Assembly (NCBI RefSeq): GCF_009914755.1
Contig: NC_060944.1
Strand: one strand, 5' to 3'
Length of the DNA: 64,000 nucleotides
DNA from: the human T2T-CHM13v2.0 reference genome, Homo sapiens
Every line of letters starts with the position of its first letter. Positions within the stretch are counted from its first letter, which is position 1. Positions 55,823-64,000 of the stretch are shown here, in pieces. The position numbers were made by a program, and so were the translations under genes. Below the pieces are notes generated by a model. The model saw only the letters and a program-made list of their open reading frames with translations. It was not told the DNA's origin and made no database searches.

Positions 55823-56438
55823 TCAGCAGCGAATGGGGCAGACGAGTTCCCTGCGTGGTGAGGGGCTGACCAGCTGCAGCATCGGTGTGGGCATGGACTA
55901 GGAAGCAGGCTCGGGATCTCGTTCCCTTATCGTTTCTCTCTTTGCAGCTGTGGAGGGCTCCAGGGCCTGCACCGTGTGGAGCCCACAGTGTGGGCCTGGG
56001 GTGGAGGGGCTGGACCAGAGCTTTGCAGGAGCTGTGAGTGAAATGACAAGGGTGCGGTGTTTCCCTGAAGGCGAGATGGCCTCCGTCCAGCACGGACGGC
56101 CTGTCTTCTGAGATGTCCTTTATACATTTAGAATATCATAGCTTTCACAGAGGGATGGGGTTGGCAGGTGAGGGGGGTGCAGTTGTTTTGTGTGTCCATG
56201 CCAGGGGCAGGTGACCTGCCTTGCTTGGGCGCAGAGAGTCCTGGAACCCTTGGAGCGACTACCCCAGCTCCCTTTCCCATCTCCCCCCGCTCCAGCCCCT
56301 TTCCCCAGCCTGGCCGCTCATCCCTGCTTCCCTCCCCCTATGTGGCTGCTTCATGTTTGCATCAGGGCCACTAGGCTGTTCCTTCATATTTTCTTTTCTT
56401 TTTCTTTCTTTCTTTCTTTTCTTTCTTCTTCTTCTCCT

Positions 56439-56711
<273 letters not shown>

Positions 56712-57427
56712 CTCTCTCTCTTTTTGCCTCATTCTTTCTTCCTTATCCCTCTAGTTTTCCTTCTCTCTTCCCCACTTCCCCTCATTTTCCCCTCCTTTCC
56801 ATCTGTTTCCGCTGTCTGGATTCTGCCCTCTTGTTTTTGGCACTTGCTCTCTTTTACGTTTTTCTCAAGCCGCCTTTTGTTTCCCTTTGTGTCTCCTCCT
56901 GTCTCATGATGTTCATCTCTGTTTCCACTGTGCTGTCTCCGTCTCTCCCTCTTTTCCTTTCTCTCCCTCTTAAAAATTATTCCCCAGACCTTGAAAACCA
57001 TCCATCCCTTTTCACTCTCAGGGGCCTGGATGGAAGAAAATGTCTTCATCAGGCAAGGACAGTGCAGGAGAGGGGTCGCAGGTGCATGTGCAGGCCCGGC
57101 AGTGCTGCCGGGGAGAAGGACGGGCCTGGGCTGAGATGCACGGGCACAGCCAGACCTCCCTCCAAGGACACCTCATGTCTGAGGAAAGGGGGAGTTTGAG
57201 AAGAGGCTGCCAGGGCTCCCTGGAGGCCTGGAATGGGGGAGAAGGGGCACAGGGGACAGTCCAGGCCTTGTCTCTGAAGCAGGTCCTTCAGCTGCACTTG
57301 GGCTGTGCTTCTCTGTAGGGAGGGGGCATAGCTCTAGGGAAGGAATTTCTCCAGGCCTGGCAGGGGCCTGGAGGAGGCATCTGAGCACCTGCTGGTTCCA
57401 GGCTGCCTCTCGTTTTGCACTCAGGGC

Positions 57428-57723
57428 TTTTTTTGTTTGTTTGTTTGTTTTTGAGGCAGAGTCTCACTCTGTCACCCAGGCTAGAATGCAGTGGCACAAT
57501 CTCAGCTCACTGCAACTTCTACCTCCCGGGTTCTTGTGCCTCAGCCTCCTGAGTAGCTAGAATTATAGGCGCATGCCACCATTCCAGGCTAATTTTTGTA
57601 TTTTTAGTAGAGATGGAGTTTTACCATGTTGGCCAGGCTGGTCTCGAACTCCTGAGCTCAAGTGATCTGCCCGCCTTGCCTCCCAAAGTGCTGGGATTAC
57701 AGGCATGAGCCACCATGCCTGGC
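57428..57723 (-). mobile_element. Alu (AluS-type)
   Basis: TSD agggctt. Confidence 0.9.
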
Positions 57724-57748
57724 GAGGGCTTGTTTTTTGAATGGATAA

Positions 57749-58152
<404 letters not shown>

Positions 58153-59034
58153 TAGTTGGTGCTATTTTCAATACTTTTTTGTGGAGCCAACCACCTTCCA
58201 GGCCGGCCAACAAAACCTTCAAGGATTCTATTGATAATTCAGCATCAAAGTGAGAAATGTATGACTCTGATGTGACAGCAGTTGGTGGCCGGACTGTAGC
58301 CAGCTGTTGGTATGGGATAAGGGGACGGATCTGGAGGTTGGACACTGACTGCAGGCGTCTGGGCCTAAAGCTGCCTCCCTTGGGGAGGTGGATCTCAGTG
58401 TGATGGGGGACCCCTGAACCCAGCGAGGCCACTGGGCACAGCTGTTGGTTTGTTGCCCTGGGCTACGAAGGACTCTTCCATTTGCTGCTCTGTCCTTCAA
58501 GTGGGTCAATCCCAGCTCCAGCCAAATCCATCTGCTCATGTGCCCCCCCAAATTCTACCACCGTTGCCACCCCTGGCCTTTGCCCCATGGTGTTTTCTCA
58601 GCCAGGAGCGCCAGCACCATGCTGTCCCTTGTTCCGTGCCCAGGGCTCATCTGTGGCGCCTTCCTCGAGTCATCCTTTTGACTGATAGCACAGGATGAAG
58701 AACACCATCCTGAGGGCACACAGATCTCAGGTGACAGTTTGAAATGCCAAGGCAGGGCCCCTTTGTCAAACTTACTAAGAACTTCAAGACAGGGATAGCA
58801 GAGCGGTAGCCCACGCCCGGGGCCTGATTGCATGGGTTTGCACACTCCAGAGGCCGGCCTGGTCTGTTGTACAAGCATCACGCCGGGGAGTGAGTTCCTA
58901 AACCCCACTGAGTCTTAGTTTCCATGGCTATAAAATGGGATCACCATTCATATCCCTGCAGAGGATTGTTGTGTGTGATCATCAAGATAGAGTAAGGGGG
59001 AGCTGCTATTGTCCTTACTATTGATCATGATTGA

Positions 59035-59301
<267 letters not shown>

Positions 59302-59405
59302 AGCATTATTGATACCATTTAACAGCAATTGTTGTCTGTGTTATTCCCCCGGCACTTTGCATCTGCCGCCTTCTGTGTGCTTTATTTATATTTAAATGAC
59401 TTTTT

Positions 59406-59712
<307 letters not shown>

Positions 59713-61639
59713 GATATACTTGTGTGTCTATGGTGATGAGACACTTACAGTCAGTGGCCATGTGACAGGAGCAAAGCCCAGGCGCCTTGGTGCTCAAGTA
59801 GGATGACTCCGGCACAAACCATCAATTGAAGGAGGGAGTCAGGACTCTAGGACAGAGGGATGGGGAGGGGCAGGAGGAAAGAGGGGACTTGGCCCATGGA
59901 CAGCAGAGTTTGTTGGCCAAGTTTGGAGGGACCAGACTCGATCAGGAGCTGGTGCCCCATGGAGCCCTGGTTTTGGAGGGTGCCGTGACACCGACTCCCC
60001 CCACCTGCTGTCCCTGTGTGTGAGCTTGGATTTAGTAGCCAGCAGCTTGGCAAGACTTCTGGGGCCACTCCTCTGCTGGTTTCCATGTTAACGCTTTTCC
60101 TCCAGCTAAAAGCAGAATCTGTGGGAATCCAGGAACCTTCCAGAGCTGCCCCCTAGGGTCAGCATCACCTTAACAAGATTGCACCAGCTTGTCCCTGCTG
60201 CTGGCTCGCCCTGGACACCGGCTGCCAGCTCCAGCAGCCCCAAGCCCTGTGCTTCTGTCACTAGGGCCTCGGCAGCCTCCCATGTCCACCAGCTGCTGTG
60301 GTCACTGGGCCGGCAGAGGCTGGGGTCAGGGCTGGGCTGGACTGGGCAGGAGGATTCAGATGGGAAGGGGCCGGTGCCCACACAAGCTCTGCAAGGCTGT
60401 CCAGCCCAACCCCAAGGGCAGGACTGGACACGCAGGGGCTGCCCACAGAGAAATGGGAGGGGTTCTGCTCACAGCTGTCAGAGTGTTCTGGAAGACTCAG
60501 GGCCCTGGAGCAGACACAAACATTGCAGGCAGGACAGGCTGAGGTACAGAAAGCCCGGAGCCAGGACATAGCAGGGCACCCAGGACCTAGGGGACAGGCC
60601 TTGGGGGCCGGCGGTAGTGGGGGCTGCCACCAAGAGCTCAGAAGAGCCCAGTTGAGTCTCTCCTCAGCCTTTGACCAGCTGGGACCCTGGGCACGTGGCC
60701 TAGCCCTGTTCTCTCCAAGCCCGCTTTCTCATCTGTACAGTGGGCATCATCACAGGTCCTCACTCACGGCTCTTGTAAGCACTGGAGGAGACAGCAGGGG
60801 AGGGACAGCAGCCACCGGCCGTGGTGGGGGCCCCAGGTCAGTAGTCCCTTACTTGTAGGGCTCAGGGTAAGCAGAGGCCTCTCCACTGGCATCCTCTTCA
60901 GCCTTACGGAGCCTTGGCCTGGTGTTGTGAGCCTGGAGCCACTGCCAGCTTGGATGCCCATAGGGCTTCACAGGTCCTGCAGGCCAGGCAGGGACAGTGA
61001 CAAACCAGACAGCGCATGTCGTGGCTGATGGGGCAGCTCACTGCACCCTGCAGGAATGTGGGCCTGCGGTGGCCAGATAGCTCAGTTTTTCTAGAGAAAT
61101 AGGCACTCAATGTTTATTTGAACATCCCAGTTCTTCACTGTTGGCAATGAACTCATTTTTAAATTTGTCTGCAAGCCGGATGCTGACCAAAGGTGACCCG
61201 TTTGTGCTCTCTGAGTGGGCCAGATCAGGCAACCCCTGAGGGTCCTGAGGTTGGAGGGCAGATGCTGAAGGGACATCCTGGTTCCTGACTGAGAGCTCAC
61301 CCCCAGCCCCACACAGCTCCGGGGGTGCCTGTGTGCTGGGACAGTGCAGATGCTGGAGCTGGGCAGGCCTGGGGTCAAACCCTAGCTCTGCCAATTCCCA
61401 GCTGAGTGGTTATGGCCAAGTGACTCGCTGAGCCTCAGTTTCCCCTTTTGCAAAGTGAGATGGAGGTTCCCTGCCTCTCTCAGCCGCTGTGAGGATGAAT
61501 GCTCTGTGACCTTTCAGGTCCCATCGCGGGCCGGGCACTCTGTAAATGCTCCGTTCTCGGTCACTGAGGTTGAATTAAGAGAGGCTGGGGCTTGGTTTAT
61601 GGAGTGAGACTGATCTGTTTCTTCTGTTGACTTTAAAAA

Positions 61640-63309
<1,670 letters not shown>

Positions 63310-63479
63310 TGATCCTTTCATTTCATTATCTAAATAACCCGGGCTTGAGTCCTAGCTCAGCACATTTACTCTCTGTGTGACCTGGGTGACTCACTATTAA
63401 CAGAGGGATCATGAGAACAAGAGGATGTATACAACAGGCTGCACCTGGTGCTTTGAGCAAATAGGTTGGTGTTTTTTCC

Positions 63480-63810
63480 TACTTGTGACAAGAAGTACTA
63501 AGGTGGCCCGTTGAGCTGACAGGGCGTCTCAAGGAAGTAGTCAGGGACCCAGGCTTCTCCTGGCTGCTGTTCTGCCATCCGTAGCATGTGGATTTTGTCT
63601 TCCTGGTCCCAAGGTAGCTGCAGCACCTCTAGCCTCACTGCCATGCTCCAGGCAGGACTCAGCGAAGCTGATGGCGTTATCCCCGTTTTGTAGAGGAAGA
63701 AAGTGAGGCAGAGGAGGATGAGAAACCCTGCCTTAAAGAGTGCTGTGAGGTTAGAAGTAGTGTCACCTGGTGTGTAGTAGGCATGGTTGTTTTCACAGTA
63801 GGATGGGCCT
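63480..63810. mobile_element. Old MaLR/MLT1-like LTR fragment
   Basis: tcagggacccaggcttc...tctgccatccgtagcatgtgg...caaggtagctgcagcacctctagcctcac. Confidence 0.45.
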
Positions 63811-64000
63811 CTCTCAAGCTCCCTGGCACTGGGGGTGCCCAGTGCCCTGGGGGATGAAGGTGGGCCTCTAGCAGCAGGCACCTGAGCTCCTCCACTTGGC
63901 CGGCCTGAGGCTTCAGGCTCAGAGGGGCTGGCCCAGGCTCTGGTGGGGCTGTGGGTGGCTGGGGCAGACCCTGGACAACCTTGGATCCCAGCCTGTGAGT

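Overview
Primate (human-type) intronic genomic DNA, very rich in Alu (about 65 copies or fragments) with older L1, L2, MIR, MaLR/MLT1 LTR and DNA-transposon fossils. The only real protein-coding content is three internal, phase-0 coding exons of BCAS4 on the + strand (12633-12704, 24701-24802, 36188-36322), which splice into one open frame; the first and last exons lie outside the window. The intron before the third exon holds a full-length antisense processed copy of thymosin beta-4 (TMSB4X retrocopy, probably TMSB4XP6/TMSL6). Its 44-codon ORF is intact, with one recalled amino-acid change (SDKP to SDKS), and it sits inside the A-tail of an Alu with intact Pol III boxes. Nearly all other ORFs in the track are Alu, L1 or VNTR artefacts. 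I found no convincing new multi-gene system. The best leads are the Alu-headed thymosin retrocopy, a 44-nt hairpin mini-retroposon with a target-site duplication, a minisatellite born inside a MER20, a multi-level nested transposon stack, a palindromic templated insertion, a diverged 111-bp dispersed duplication and an adjacent inverted Alu pair. Repeat subfamily names and parent-gene comparisons come from recall, not database searches, and repeat boundaries are approximate.
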